NCBI GenBank assembly: GCA_039026855.1
Contig: JBCCLL010000007.1
Span: 780 to 64,779 of the forward strand
Reading direction: 5' to 3'
DNA: 64,000 nucleotides
Origin: Pseudomonadota bacterium
GTDB lineage: Bacteria > Pseudomonadota > Alphaproteobacteria > Rhodobacterales > Rhodobacteraceae
Below are positions 11,074 through 20,311 of this stretch, in pieces. Below the pieces are notes generated by a model, which made no database searches, was not told the DNA's origin, and was given only the letters and a program-made list of their open reading frames with translations. The translations under genes and the position numbers were made by a program. The number at the start of each line of letters is the position of its first letter. Position 1 is the first letter of the stretch.

Positions 11074-11098
11074 CGGCGTAGGGGCCATTGCCTATCCG
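11070..11098 (+). promoter_or_regulatory. Sigma70-type promoter for tRNA-Gly
   Basis: TTGACG-17nt-TATCCG, 13 nt upstream of the tRNA; the -35 overlaps the methyltransferase stop codon. Confidence 0.55.
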
Positions 11099-11111
11099 CA
11101 GGCGCGTGAGC

Positions 11112-11185
11112 GCGGGTATGGTGAAAAGGTATCACGCGAGCTTCCCAAGCTTAAGTTACGGGTTCGATTCCCGTTACCCGCTCCA
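11112..11185 (+). tRNA. tRNA-Gly (anticodon CCC)
   Basis: GCGGGTA/TACCCGC acceptor stem, GTGA/TCAC D-stem, TTCCCAA anticodon loop, ACGGG-TTCGATT-CCCGT T-arm, T discriminator, encoded CCA. Confidence 0.96.
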
Positions 11186-11410
11186 CCTTCCGCCCAAGCC
11201 ATTCCAATTGCGCCCACGGTTGCGCGTGTCGGGCCACCGGCATGGCCGTTTTATGCGTGCCCGCATCAAGAACCCAAGGACCATAAAATGTCGGCCTAAA
11301 AGGATAGAACACATGCAGCCGCGCTGGCAGGTTTCCGACGCTTGCCGCCAGCAACCCCTGACGTGGCAAACCGATCGCATCGCTGCGGGACGCGGGTCTC
11401 GCATGACCAC

Positions 11411-11472
11411 CCGAGGAGGGGGCCAGCCCCCGCGCCTGCGGCGCCCCCCGGGATTTTTTTAAAACAGAGAAG
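11411..11472 (-). repeat. CTTC-ended repeat, long form with GC hairpins
   Basis: Reverse complement reads CTTCTCTGTTTTAAAAAAATCCCGGGGGGCGCCGCAGGCGCGGGGGCTGGCCCCC; same head as the copies at 14423 and 26747. Confidence 0.7.
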
Positions 11473-11513
11473 GGGACATGGTGCGCGTGGCACACCCCCG
11501 CCGCTGGGCCGTG

Positions 11514-13139
11514 TTAGCCTGCGCTTACAAGCACCTCGCCATGGGTCTCGCGGAGATCACGTTTGAGCACTTTGCCGGTGGCGTTGCGCGGCAGCGCGTC
11601 GACAAAGATCACCTTGTCCGGCACCTGCCATTTCGCCACTTGACCCTCAAAGATCGTAAGCACCTCCGCCTCGCTGGGGGTTTGCCCCTCGGACGGCACG
11701 GCGATCAGCACCGGGCGTTCGTCCCATTTTTCATGCCGCGCCCCGATCACCGCGGCATCCGCCAGCGCCTCGTGCCCAAGCGCAATGTTTTCCAGATCGA
11801 CCGAACTGATCCACTCGCCCCCCGACTTGATGATGTCTTTGGAGCGGTCCTTGATCGACAGATAGCCATCGGCATCTATCACCGCCACGTCACCGGTATG
11901 GAACCAGCCATCGGTCAGCGTGCTTTGCATGCTCTTGCGGAAATAGTTGCTCAGCACCCAAGGCCCGCGCACCATCAAATCGCCCTGCGCCTCGCCATCC
12001 TCGGGCAGCGCAGCGCCGTCCGCGTCGACGATCTTCATCTCGATCCCCCAGGGCGGACGCCCCTGATTTTCGCGCAACGCGTGCTGCGCCGCGACCGGCA
12101 GTGCGGCGTGTTTGGCCAGCGGCTGGTTTGTGGTGCCCAGCGGCGACATCTCGGACATACCCCAGGCGTGGATCAACTCCACGTCATAGCGCTCGCGGAA
12201 GGTCTTGATCATGCTCGGCGGACAGGCCGACCCGCCCACCACCGTGCGCTTTAGGCTGCTCAGCTGCGATCCGGCCGCCTCCGCCGCGCCCAGCAACCCG
12301 GCCCAGATCGTTGGCACGCCAAGCGCGATGCTCACCTGATAGCTGTCGATCAGCCCGACCAGCGACGGCCCATCCAGCCCAGGGCCCGGCATCACCATCC
12401 GCGCGCCGACCTGTGCGGCCGCATAAGGCACGCCCCACGCGTTGACGTGAAACATCGGCACCACCGGCATGATCACATCGCGCGCCGAAAACCCGATGCA
12501 ATCGGGCGTGTTCGACGCCAACGCATGCAGCACGGTCGAGCGGTGCGAATAAAGCACGCCCTTGGGATGCCCCGTGGTCCCTGACGTATAACACAGCGAC
12601 GACGCCGTATGCTCGTCCAGTTCCGGCCAGACATAATCAGGCGATCCGCGCGCGATCAGCTCGTCATAGAACATCAGCCCGTCAATCTCGCCCGCAAGCG
12701 CGTCGTCGCGCCCCTCCATCAGCACGATGTGCTCAACACCGTCGATCTTGTCGCGGATCGCCTTGACCAGGGGCACAAATGTGCGGTCGATGAACAGCAC
12801 CCGGTCCTCGGCGTGGTTGATGATGTAGATCAACTGCTCTGGAAACAGCCGCGGGTTGATCGTGTGACACACAAAGGCCGCGCCCGACACGCCAAAATAT
12901 ATCTCTAGGTGCCGCCGGTTGTTCCACGCGATGGTCCCACAGCGCGCCTGTTCGCCCAGGCCCAACTGCTCCAGCGCATGCCCAAGGCGGCGTGCATTCG
13001 CGGCCACCTCGGCCCAAGTGGTCTCGGTCACGCCGCCCGCAGTCTCCACCGAATAGATCTCGGTTGTACCGTGATAACGCGCCGCGTGATCCACCAGTGA
13101 CGCAATGGTCAGCGGAAAGTTCATCATCTGGCCGTGCAT
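11514..13139 (-). CDS. dmdB: Fatty acyl-CoA ligase, 3-methylmercaptopropionate-CoA ligase (DmdB)-like
   Basis: [17 protein letters not shown]-binding motif, [32 protein letters not shown]. Closely resembles roseobacter DmdB as I recall it. GGAGG RBS before MHGQMM. Confidence 0.78.
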   Translation of the reverse strand: MHGQMMNFPLTIASLVDHAARYHGTTEIYSVETAGGVTETTWAEVAANARRLGHALEQLGLGEQARCGTIAWNNRRHLEIYFGVSGAAFVCHTINPRLFPEQLIYIINHAEDRVLFIDRTFVPLVKAIRDKIDGVEHIVLMEGRDDALAGEIDGLMFYDELIARGSPDYVWPELDEHTASSLCYTSGTTGHPKGVLYSHRSTVLHALASNTPDCIGFSARDVIMPVVPMFHVNAWGVPYAAAQVGARMVMPGPGLDGPSLVGLIDSYQVSIALGVPTIWAGLLGAAEAAGSQLSSLKRTVVGGSACPPSMIKTFRERYDVELIHAWGMSEMSPLGTTNQPLAKHAALPVAAQHALRENQGRPPWGIEMKIVDADGAALPEDGEAQGDLMVRGPWVLSNYFRKSMQSTLTDGWFHTGDVAVIDADGYLSIKDRSKDIIKSGGEWISSVDLENIALGHEALADAAVIGARHEKWDERPVLIAVPSEGQTPSEAEVLTIFEGQVAKWQVPDKVIFVDALPRNATGKVLKRDLRETHGEVLVSAG

Positions 13140-13209
13140 CTCGTGCCTCCCCTGCAACGCTTGATGAGGTTTGAGAGTGCCGCAGGACATCGCCCGCGCG
13201 CAAGCCCGG

Positions 13210-14061
13210 TTATGCGGGCGTGTCGCCGCCCCTGGCCTCTGGCGCTGCGCTTGCGCTGGCAGCGCCGTCATTGTCACCGGTGTCCGCAGCCGCGTCTTCA
13301 ACCTCGCTCAGACGAAAAATCTTGACCAGGACAAACCATTTTAGCAGCACCCACGCCATGTGATAGGGGCCGATCTCTTGGCCGCCGCTCTCTACTGGCT
13401 CATATTTGCGCGCCGCCTTCACTGTCCAGGCCACCGCAAACAGCAAAACCGCCACATATTCCCAAAAGTAAAACAGCGACACCTCAACCCCCTCAAAGGG
13501 AAAGGATCCGCCGCTGTCGGTTGCCAGCGCATAAAGGCAATAGAGAAGGCCCACGCCGCACAGCACGTAGATCACCGCCGCGCGAAACCGCTTGGGTCGC
13601 AAAGTGTAGGTCCGGTCGCTGTCATTGTGTTTGTAGCCTGCCTTTTCTTCGCGGGTGAACACCACCAGACACAGCAACGCGATCGACACGAAAAACAGCA
13701 CTGCAGCTCCGAAATGCGCGAGGTTTCCATGCGTCGTCAGCCCCGACACGCAAGCCGTCGACGCCGTCTTTTCAATCACCAGATGACAGTCTTCTGCCAC
13801 CCGCGGGTCCACAGGAAAAATCGCCACCCCGATGGCGCCAAGCCCGGCGGTTGTCGACACCCAGAAACTCAACCCCAACCGCGCGGTTTCTGCCGGGTTT
13901 CTGTAGGCCACCAAAAACAACCCAACCGCAAAGAGGCTGCCAAAGACCATGTCGCCCACCCAAGTGTGATAGGAATGGCTGATCGACTGCGGAAACGCAT
14001 CGGGTGTCCAGATGATCAGGGCAAAGGGCGACATAAGCACCACAACAGCGCACCAGATCAT
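13210..14061 (-). CDS. Multi-pass membrane protein of unknown function; possibly frameshifted at the 5' end (true start may be 14137)
   Basis: About 6-7 hydrophobic segments; SISHSYH...FGSLFAVGLFLVAYR and H..AA.LFF motifs typical of a family of uncharacterised membrane proteins. Confidence 0.7.
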   Translation of the reverse strand: MIWCAVVVLMSPFALIIWTPDAFPQSISHSYHTWVGDMVFGSLFAVGLFLVAYRNPAETARLGLSFWVSTTAGLGAIGVAIFPVDPRVAEDCHLVIEKTASTACVSGLTTHGNLAHFGAAVLFFVSIALLCLVVFTREEKAGYKHNDSDRTYTLRPKRFRAAVIYVLCGVGLLYCLYALATDSGGSFPFEGVEVSLFYFWEYVAVLLFAVAWTVKAARKYEPVESGGQEIGPYHMAWVLLKWFVLVKIFRLSEVEDAAADTGDNDGAASASAAPEARGGDTPA

Positions 14062-14422
14062 CGACTCCTCGACAAAGGCGCCGGGCGGCGCGGTTCTTGT
14101 ATTGGTCCAGGACCGAAGCGTTTGGCTCGTTACTCATGTGTCACTCAAAATCATGGGGCCGTCAAAATGCGATATGCGCGACCGGCCGTGTTGTGCCACA
14201 CTTGCCGTCGCCAACCAACAGCCCGGCGCGCGCTGCTGTGCGCGGCGCGCCGCCGTCCGGCTTTTTGCTTTTGGTGATCATGCTGCACTCGTCCGCGCCG
14301 TATTTGCCGCAACCGCCGTCCGAAACGTCACCGACGATGTGTTCGCCGCCCAACACAGAAAACCAATACCCCGCCTGCCCTTTCAATTGCCCCGCAGCAC
14401 GCCCCCCCCCAAGCGCCCGCCC

Positions 14423-14521
14423 CTTCTCTGTTTCAAAAAATCCTCCCCGAAGGGCCGATCTCAATCCGCGCTCCTCGGCAAGCCTCTTCATTTCGCCAAA
14501 TAAACCGTCCCCGAAGGGCCG
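14423..14521 (+). repeat. Two tandem CTTC-ended repeats downstream of pgi
   Basis: CTTCTCTGTTTCAAAAAATCCTCCCCGAAGGGCCG (14423-14457) and CTTCATTTCGCCAAATAAACCGTCCCCGAAGGGCCG (14486-14521). Confidence 0.8.
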
Positions 14522-14541
14522 GCCTCCACCCGCGTCACCCT

Positions 14542-16116
14542 TCAGCCGCGCGCGCGCAACCACGCGACCAGGGCCGCGGTGGAACCGTCCTTGCCGTCCG
14601 CGGGCGCTTGCCCTTCGATCACCGGCTGCAAGGCGGTGGCCAGTTCCTTGCCCAGTTCGACCCCCCACTGGTCATAGGAGTTGATCCCAAGGATCACGCC
14701 CTCGACAAATACCCGGTGTTCGTAGAGCGCGATGATCAGGCCCAGCGTGAACGGGTCCAACACCTCGTAGACCAGCGTGGTCGACGGACGGTTGCCAGCA
14801 AAGACCCGGTGCGCCGCCTGCCGGTCCAGCTCTGCGCCCTCAAAGCGATCCGCCAGCTTAGCCCGCGCTTCTTCAAGGGCACGCCCTCTCATCAGCGCTT
14901 CCGATTGCGCCAGGCAATTGGCCATCAGCAGCGCGTGGTGATGGGCCAGCTCCGGCTCGTGCCCGCGCGCGGCCACCATGAACTCGCAGGGGGTCACCGA
15001 TGTGCCCTGATGGATCAGCTGGTAAAACGCGTGCTGGCCGTTGGTGCCCGGCGCGCCCCAGACGATGGGGCCGCTGTCCACGGGCAGTCCCTGCCCGTCC
15101 ATGCCCACCGATTTGCCGTTTGATTCCATCTCGAGCTGCTGCAGGTAGGCGGGCAACTGCCCCAGCCGCTGGTCATAGGGCAGCACCGCGCGGCTGGCAT
15201 AGCCGCAGATCTGCCGGTGCCAGATGCCGACCAGTGCCAGCATCAGCGGCATGTTCTCAGCGCCAAGTGCTGCACAAAAATGCCGGTCCATCTCCTGTCC
15301 GCCGCGCAGGAACGCGCGAAACCCCTGTGGCCCGATGGCGATCATCAGCGACAGCCCGATGGGCCCCCACATGGAATAGCGCCCGCCAACCCAGTCCTCG
15401 AACCCGAACACGCGCTCTGCCGGAATGCCAAAGGCGCCGGTCTTGTCCAGATCTGTCGATAGCGCCGCAAACTGCGCGCCCGGATCGCCGCCATGGTCCT
15501 GCATCCACGCCCGCGCGGTGCGCGCGTTGGTCATGGTCTCGATGGTGGTAAATGTCTTTGAGGCGACGATGACCAGCGTTTTCTTGGCCTCCAGCCCGCG
15601 CAGCACATCGGCGATGTGTGCGCCGTCCACGTTGGACACAAAGTGCACAAGCGGCCCGTCGTGATAGGGCGACAGCGCCTGCACCGCCATCGCGGGGCCA
15701 AGGTCCGACCCGCCAATGCCGATATTGACCACATCGGTGATCTCGGACCCGCGCACCGCGTCGGCATAGGCCTCCATCCGCGCCAGCGTCTCCAGCACGC
15801 CGGGCATGACGTCGACCCCGTCCACCTCAACCGGGCCACCGTCGAGGTTGCGCAAAGCGGTGTGCAGCACCGCGCGATCCTCCGTCTCGTTGATCTTGTG
15901 GCCCGCAAACATCGCATCGCGGCGCGCAGCGACACCGCGCGCCTCGGCCAGCGCCAACAGCATGTCGCGCGTTTTCGCGTCGATATTGGTTTTGGCATAG
16001 TCAAACCGCATGTGCTGCGTCTCAACGGCAAAGTCACTGGCCCGGCTTGCATCAAACAGCGTCTCGAACCGCCGGTCCTTTACCTGCGCCTGCCGCGCGT
16101 TCAGCTCATCCCACAT
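14542..16116 (-). CDS. pgi: Glucose-6-phosphate isomerase
   Basis: [62 protein letters not shown]. Confidence 0.98.
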   Translation of the reverse strand: MWDELNARQAQVKDRRFETLFDASRASDFAVETQHMRFDYAKTNIDAKTRDMLLALAEARGVAARRDAMFAGHKINETEDRAVLHTALRNLDGGPVEVDGVDVMPGVLETLARMEAYADAVRGSEITDVVNIGIGGSDLGPAMAVQALSPYHDGPLVHFVSNVDGAHIADVLRGLEAKKTLVIVASKTFTTIETMTNARTARAWMQDHGGDPGAQFAALSTDLDKTGAFGIPAERVFGFEDWVGGRYSMWGPIGLSLMIAIGPQGFRAFLRGGQEMDRHFCAALGAENMPLMLALVGIWHRQICGYASRAVLPYDQRLGQLPAYLQQLEMESNGKSVGMDGQGLPVDSGPIVWGAPGTNGQHAFYQLIHQGTSVTPCEFMVAARGHEPELAHHHALLMANCLAQSEALMRGRALEEARAKLADRFEGAELDRQAAHRVFAGNRPSTTLVYEVLDPFTLGLIIALYEHRVFVEGVILGINSYDQWGVELGKELATALQPVIEGQAPADGKDGSTAALVAWLRARG

Positions 16117-16126
16117 AATCGTCCCC

Positions 16127-16795
16127 TCAGGCCGCCCAATGCACTTTCATATTGTCCAGAACCGCCCGCACCGGTGCATCCACAGCCTCCATGCCCTGCG
16201 CAGTCTCCAGTGCGGCGCGTTTCGCCGCGCCAAAAATCACCAGATGTTTCGACAGCGCGCCGGCAAGCGCGGGTCCCGAAAACGATATCCGCGGCTCTTG
16301 GCCAGCAACACTCACGGGTACCACCAGCGGCGCCTCGGGCGCCAACATGTCCGCCAGCCCCTCTGCTCCCGGAAACAGCGACGCGGTGTGCATGTCCTCG
16401 CCCATCCCAAGCAGCAACAGCGAGATCGGCATGTCCGCAGCCAACTCCTCTGACAGTACGGGCGCTGCCGCCTCGGGCGTCATCCCGGCGCGGTAAAACG
16501 GCACAAAATGCGCCGCGCTGGCATGCTCGACCATCAGCCGCGACCGGATCAAGCCCGCGTTTGACCGCGCGTGCCCCTCGGGCACCCAGCGTTCATCGCT
16601 CAGCATGATGTGCACCCGGTCCCAATCCAGCCGCACCGCGCACAGGCTGTCAAAGATCGGCCCCGGCGTCGTGCCCCCCGGCACCACAAAAGTTGCAACA
16701 GGATGCACCAGCAAACTGTTTTTTAACTCCGACACCAGCGCATCCGCCAGCCCCATGGCCAGCAATTCGCGGTCCGGGTATTCTACCAGCTCCAT
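16127..16795 (-). CDS. pgl: 6-phosphogluconolactonase
   Basis: VPGGTTP, DERWVP...[17 protein letters not shown]; lies between zwf and pgi with TGATG coupling. Confidence 0.96.
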   Translation of the reverse strand: MELVEYPDRELLAMGLADALVSELKNSLLVHPVATFVVPGGTTPGPIFDSLCAVRLDWDRVHIMLSDERWVPEGHARSNAGLIRSRLMVEHASAAHFVPFYRAGMTPEAAAPVLSEELAADMPISLLLLGMGEDMHTASLFPGAEGLADMLAPEAPLVVPVSVAGQEPRISFSGPALAGALSKHLVIFGAAKRAALETAQGMEAVDAPVRAVLDNMKVHWAA

Positions 16796-18234
16796 CACGA
16801 CACCTCGCGCCAGACGCGCCCGTCCCGGGCCAATAGCTGCACCGCGTCGCCCGGACCGGCACTGCCCGCGTCATAGGGTTTGGGCACGTCGCCGCGCGCG
16901 GTCCAGCCCGCGATAATCGGATCGGTCCAGGCCCAGGCGGCCTCCACCTCGTCGCCGCGCATAAACAGGGTCTGATTGCCCCGGATCACATCCATGATCA
17001 GCCGCTCATAGGCATCCGGGCTTTCGCCCGCATCGCCCAACGCCTCGGCAAAGGTCATGTCGAGCGGCACATCCACCAACCGCATGCCACCGGGCCCAGG
17101 TTCCTTGATGGTCACACCCAGCGTGATCCCCTCATTGGGTTGCAGCCGAATGATCAGCGCGTTCCGATGGCCCTGCGTTTCGTTAAAGATGGAATGGGTC
17201 AACTCCTTGAACACCACGACAATCTCGCTCGATCGGGCGCGCAACCGCTTGCCCGTGCGCAGGTAAAACGGCGTGCCCGCCCACCGCCAGTTGGAGATGC
17301 CAACCTTCAGCGCCACATAGCTTTCGGTCCGCGACCTCGGATCACCGGTCGCATCGCGGTAGCTCACCGCATCGGCATCACCGTCATACTGCCCGCGCAC
17401 GATGTGATGCGGGTCCACCGCATCCAGCGCGCGGATCACCTTGAGCTTTTCATCGCGCACCGCGTCGGGGTCAAACTTGGACGGCGGCTCCATCGCGATC
17501 AGGCACAAAAGCTGCATCAGGTGGTTCTGCACCATGTCGCGCATCGCGCCCGAGCGGTCATAGTATTCGCCGCGCCCGCCAACACCCACCGTCTCGGCCA
17601 CGGTGATCTGGATGTGATCGACGTAAAGACTGTTCCACAGCGGCTCAAACAGCATGTTGCCAAACCGCACCGCCATCAGGTTCTGCACCGTCTCTTTGCC
17701 CAGGTAGTGATCGATGCGGTAAATCTGCGTCTCATCGAAATAAGCGGCCAGATCGCGGTTCAGCGCGCGCGCCGTCTCCAGATCGCGCCCAAAGGGTTTT
17801 TCCACCACGATCCGGCTGTCACGATGGGTCAGCCCATGCGCATTGAGCCGCTCTGCCAGATCGCCAAAAAGGCTCGGCCCAACCGAAAAATAAAATGCGC
17901 GCACCACGCCGTCGCGCATCTTGCCGGCCAGTTCGGACCAACCGCCATCGCCGCGCGCATCTATTGGCACATAGTCAATCGCCGACAAAAACCGATCCAG
18001 GTCCGCAGTGCCCGCATCGGCCGCAAACTCAGCAATGGCCGCGCGCGCCACCTCGCGATAGCCGGCGCCGTCGATCTCACGCCGGGCCGCACCGATGACC
18101 CGGGCGCCGTCCGGCATCTGGCCTGCGCAAAACCGTCGATAGAGCCCGGGCAAGATCTTGCGCCGCGCCAGATCGCCGGTGCCTCCAAAGATCACCAGAT
18201 CAAAAGGCTCAACCGGAATGACCCGCGATACCAT
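16795..18234 (-). CDS. zwf: Glucose-6-phosphate 1-dehydrogenase
   Basis: FGGTGDLARRK, EKPFG, YRIDHYLGKE, RDMVQNHL, RWAGTPFYLRTGKR. Confidence 0.98.
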   Translation of the reverse strand: MVSRVIPVEPFDLVIFGGTGDLARRKILPGLYRRFCAGQMPDGARVIGAARREIDGAGYREVARAAIAEFAADAGTADLDRFLSAIDYVPIDARGDGGWSELAGKMRDGVVRAFYFSVGPSLFGDLAERLNAHGLTHRDSRIVVEKPFGRDLETARALNRDLAAYFDETQIYRIDHYLGKETVQNLMAVRFGNMLFEPLWNSLYVDHIQITVAETVGVGGRGEYYDRSGAMRDMVQNHLMQLLCLIAMEPPSKFDPDAVRDEKLKVIRALDAVDPHHIVRGQYDGDADAVSYRDATGDPRSRTESYVALKVGISNWRWAGTPFYLRTGKRLRARSSEIVVVFKELTHSIFNETQGHRNALIIRLQPNEGITLGVTIKEPGPGGMRLVDVPLDMTFAEALGDAGESPDAYERLIMDVIRGNQTLFMRGDEVEAAWAWTDPIIAGWTARGDVPKPYDAGSAGPGDAVQLLARDGRVWREVS

Positions 18235-18456
18235 GCATGCCCCCTTCAAAATGTTTGCGCAACCAGTAGCAGAAACAACGCCTTATACAACGCCTTATCC
18301 GGTCCAATTTCTGACGAACCTTCGAGCGATGTCTGGCAGTGTGGCGCCTGCCCGCGGCAGACTATCACAAAGCTGTGCAAGGATCAGCACCGCTTCCCCC
18401 TTGCGACACCGCATTCTGCGGGTAACCTTTGCAAACGATAAACAAACAGGCACCCT

Positions 18457-19404
18457 ATGAAAGATCTCTCCCTCGCCAATCTGGGCAAGTTCCAGGATCC
18501 TGACATCACGGCCAAGGGCGAGGCGCGGGCGCGGGTGGCGCTCAGCCATCCCGAAACGCTGTGGTTCAACACCGGTACGCTTTGCAACATCGCCTGCCTG
18601 AACTGCTACATCGACAGCTCTCCGCGCAATGATGCGCTGGTCTATCTGACAGCGGATGAGGTGACGCCCTACTTGACCCAACTGAAAGAGCGCGCATGGG
18701 GGGTGACTGAAATCGGCTTTACCGGCGGCGAGCCGTTTATGAACCCGCACATCATCGCCATGCTGCGCGCATCGCTCGAGGCGGGCTACGACGTGCTGGT
18801 GCTCACCAATGCGATGGCCCCGTTGATGCGCCCGGTGATGCGCGCCGGGGTGGAGGTGCTGGTGGCCGAATTTGGCGCGCGCCTGACCTTCCGGGTCAGC
18901 CTCGATCACCACAGCCCTGACATCCACGACGGCGAACGCGGCCGCGGCGCCTTTGAAAAAACCCTGCGCGGCATGCGCTGGTTGCGCGACACGGGCGCAC
19001 GCCTGGCCGTTGCAGGCCGGATCGAGATGGCCGAAAGCGAGGCCGCCGCCCGCGCCGGATACGGCGCGCTGTTTGCATGCGAAGGGTTTGACATCGACCC
19101 GTCCGACCCGGGCGTGACCGTGCTCTTTCCCGAGATGGACATGGGCGCCGAAGTGCCCGAGATCACCACCGCCTGCTGGGGCATCCTGAACAAATCCCCC
19201 GACGACGTGATGTGCGCCTCCTCGCGCATGGTGGTCAAACGCAAGGGTGCCGACAGCCCCACGGTGCTGGCCTGCACACTGCTGGCTTACGATCCACAGT
19301 TTGAACTGGGCACCACGCTCGCCGAAGCCGAAAGCGACGTGGCACTCAACCACCCCCACTGCGCCAAATTCTGCGTCCTGGGCGGCGCCAGCTGCAGCGC
19401 CTGA
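18457..19404 (+). CDS. Radical SAM protein of unknown function with Cys-rich C-terminus
   Basis: CNIACLNC (CX3CX2C), FTGGEPF, LTNA; C-terminal HPHCAKFCVLGGASC. Confidence 0.9.
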   Translation: MKDLSLANLGKFQDPDITAKGEARARVALSHPETLWFNTGTLCNIACLNCYIDSSPRNDALVYLTADEVTPYLTQLKERAWGVTEIGFTGGEPFMNPHIIAMLRASLEAGYDVLVLTNAMAPLMRPVMRAGVEVLVAEFGARLTFRVSLDHHSPDIHDGERGRGAFEKTLRGMRWLRDTGARLAVAGRIEMAESEAAARAGYGALFACEGFDIDPSDPGVTVLFPEMDMGAEVPEITTACWGILNKSPDDVMCASSRMVVKRKGADSPTVLACTLLAYDPQFELGTTLAEAESDVALNHPHCAKFCVLGGASCSA

Positions 19405-19694
19405 CTGCGCGACGCCCAGCAGATCGACGGGGTGGCGCCGCAGACTTTTGCGGGCAAAAGTCGCTTTTCGCCACTGCGACACGTGCAAGCACGTGCCGCT
19501 CTTTGGTTTCGGAGCGGCCGTCGCGTGATCTTCAAGGGACGGGAAAGACGCGCTTTGCCAAGCAAAATCGCCGCGGGGCCCCGCTTGCGGGGAGACGGCT
19601 ATTTTACTTGGCAAAGGGTGGCGCGGCTGTCACGCCAAAGATCATGTGACGGCGGGTCTGACACCAATTTGGTTTTGGAGGGTCCCGAAGCCGC

Positions 19695-19710
19695 TTAACT
19701 TTTCCTTAAC
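19695..19710. promoter_or_regulatory. Full CtrA-type binding site TTAA-N7-TTAAC
   Basis: TTAActtttccTTAAC, exact consensus in GC-rich DNA; extra TTAAC half-site at 19726-19730. Confidence 0.6.
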
Positions 19711-19772
19711 ACGCACCAAAAACCCTTAACGCGTCATAATTCCAAACAAATGATTAAGCCCAACGGCCCACC

Positions 19773-19888
19773 CGTTTTGTACAAAACGACCCCGGTTTTC
19801 ATCAAAACCCGCGAAGAGCGCCGAAAAGGCGTCGATGAGCACCCGCTGTTTTGTACAAAACCAGCGCTGTTTTCATCAAAACCCGCGC
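19773..19888. repeat. Duplicated pair of GTTTT-N4-AAAAC boxes (four boxes)
   Basis: GTTTTGTACAAAAC at 19774 and 19848; GTTTTCATCAAAAC at 19795 and 19869. Confidence 0.85.
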
Positions 19889-20311
19889 AAACCCCCACCG
19901 CACGCCGCGTTCATAAATGGCCACGCCCAACCAGTACGACCTGACGACATCCAAACAAATGAGATCGGCCGGAGGCAGATGTGCTGCAACTCAGAACTCC
20001 GGCTCAACACAATGAAATTATTCACTTTATCCAACCTGCACGCAATAAGTGCAGCCATCACCGATCCACAGCCCCGCCACCGCACGCGCGCTCTCACCAA
20101 AAACACATCGCCAAAGCAGACCAGTCCTACCCCTTATCCGCGGACCAAAATCGCTTCAATTAGCATGTTAAAACAACACGTTACACATTCACGCCGGCAA
20201 AAGCACTCGCCGCAGTTTCCGCCAACCAGCATCAGGCATTGCACCTCATCTATGCTTTAGGCTAAACTCCACCCCAAGATATAGACCCGGGATCAGAGCA
20301 GGCCAACGGAC

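Noticed and set aside
11186-11410. Possible genomic island integrated at tRNA-Gly
   Set aside because: No integrase and no duplicated tRNA 3' end found in the window.
19405-20311. Replication origin or CRISPR interpretation of the large intergenic region
   Set aside because: No exact TTATCCACA DnaA boxes or origin-flanking genes; repeats are too few and short, with no spacer pattern and no cas genes.
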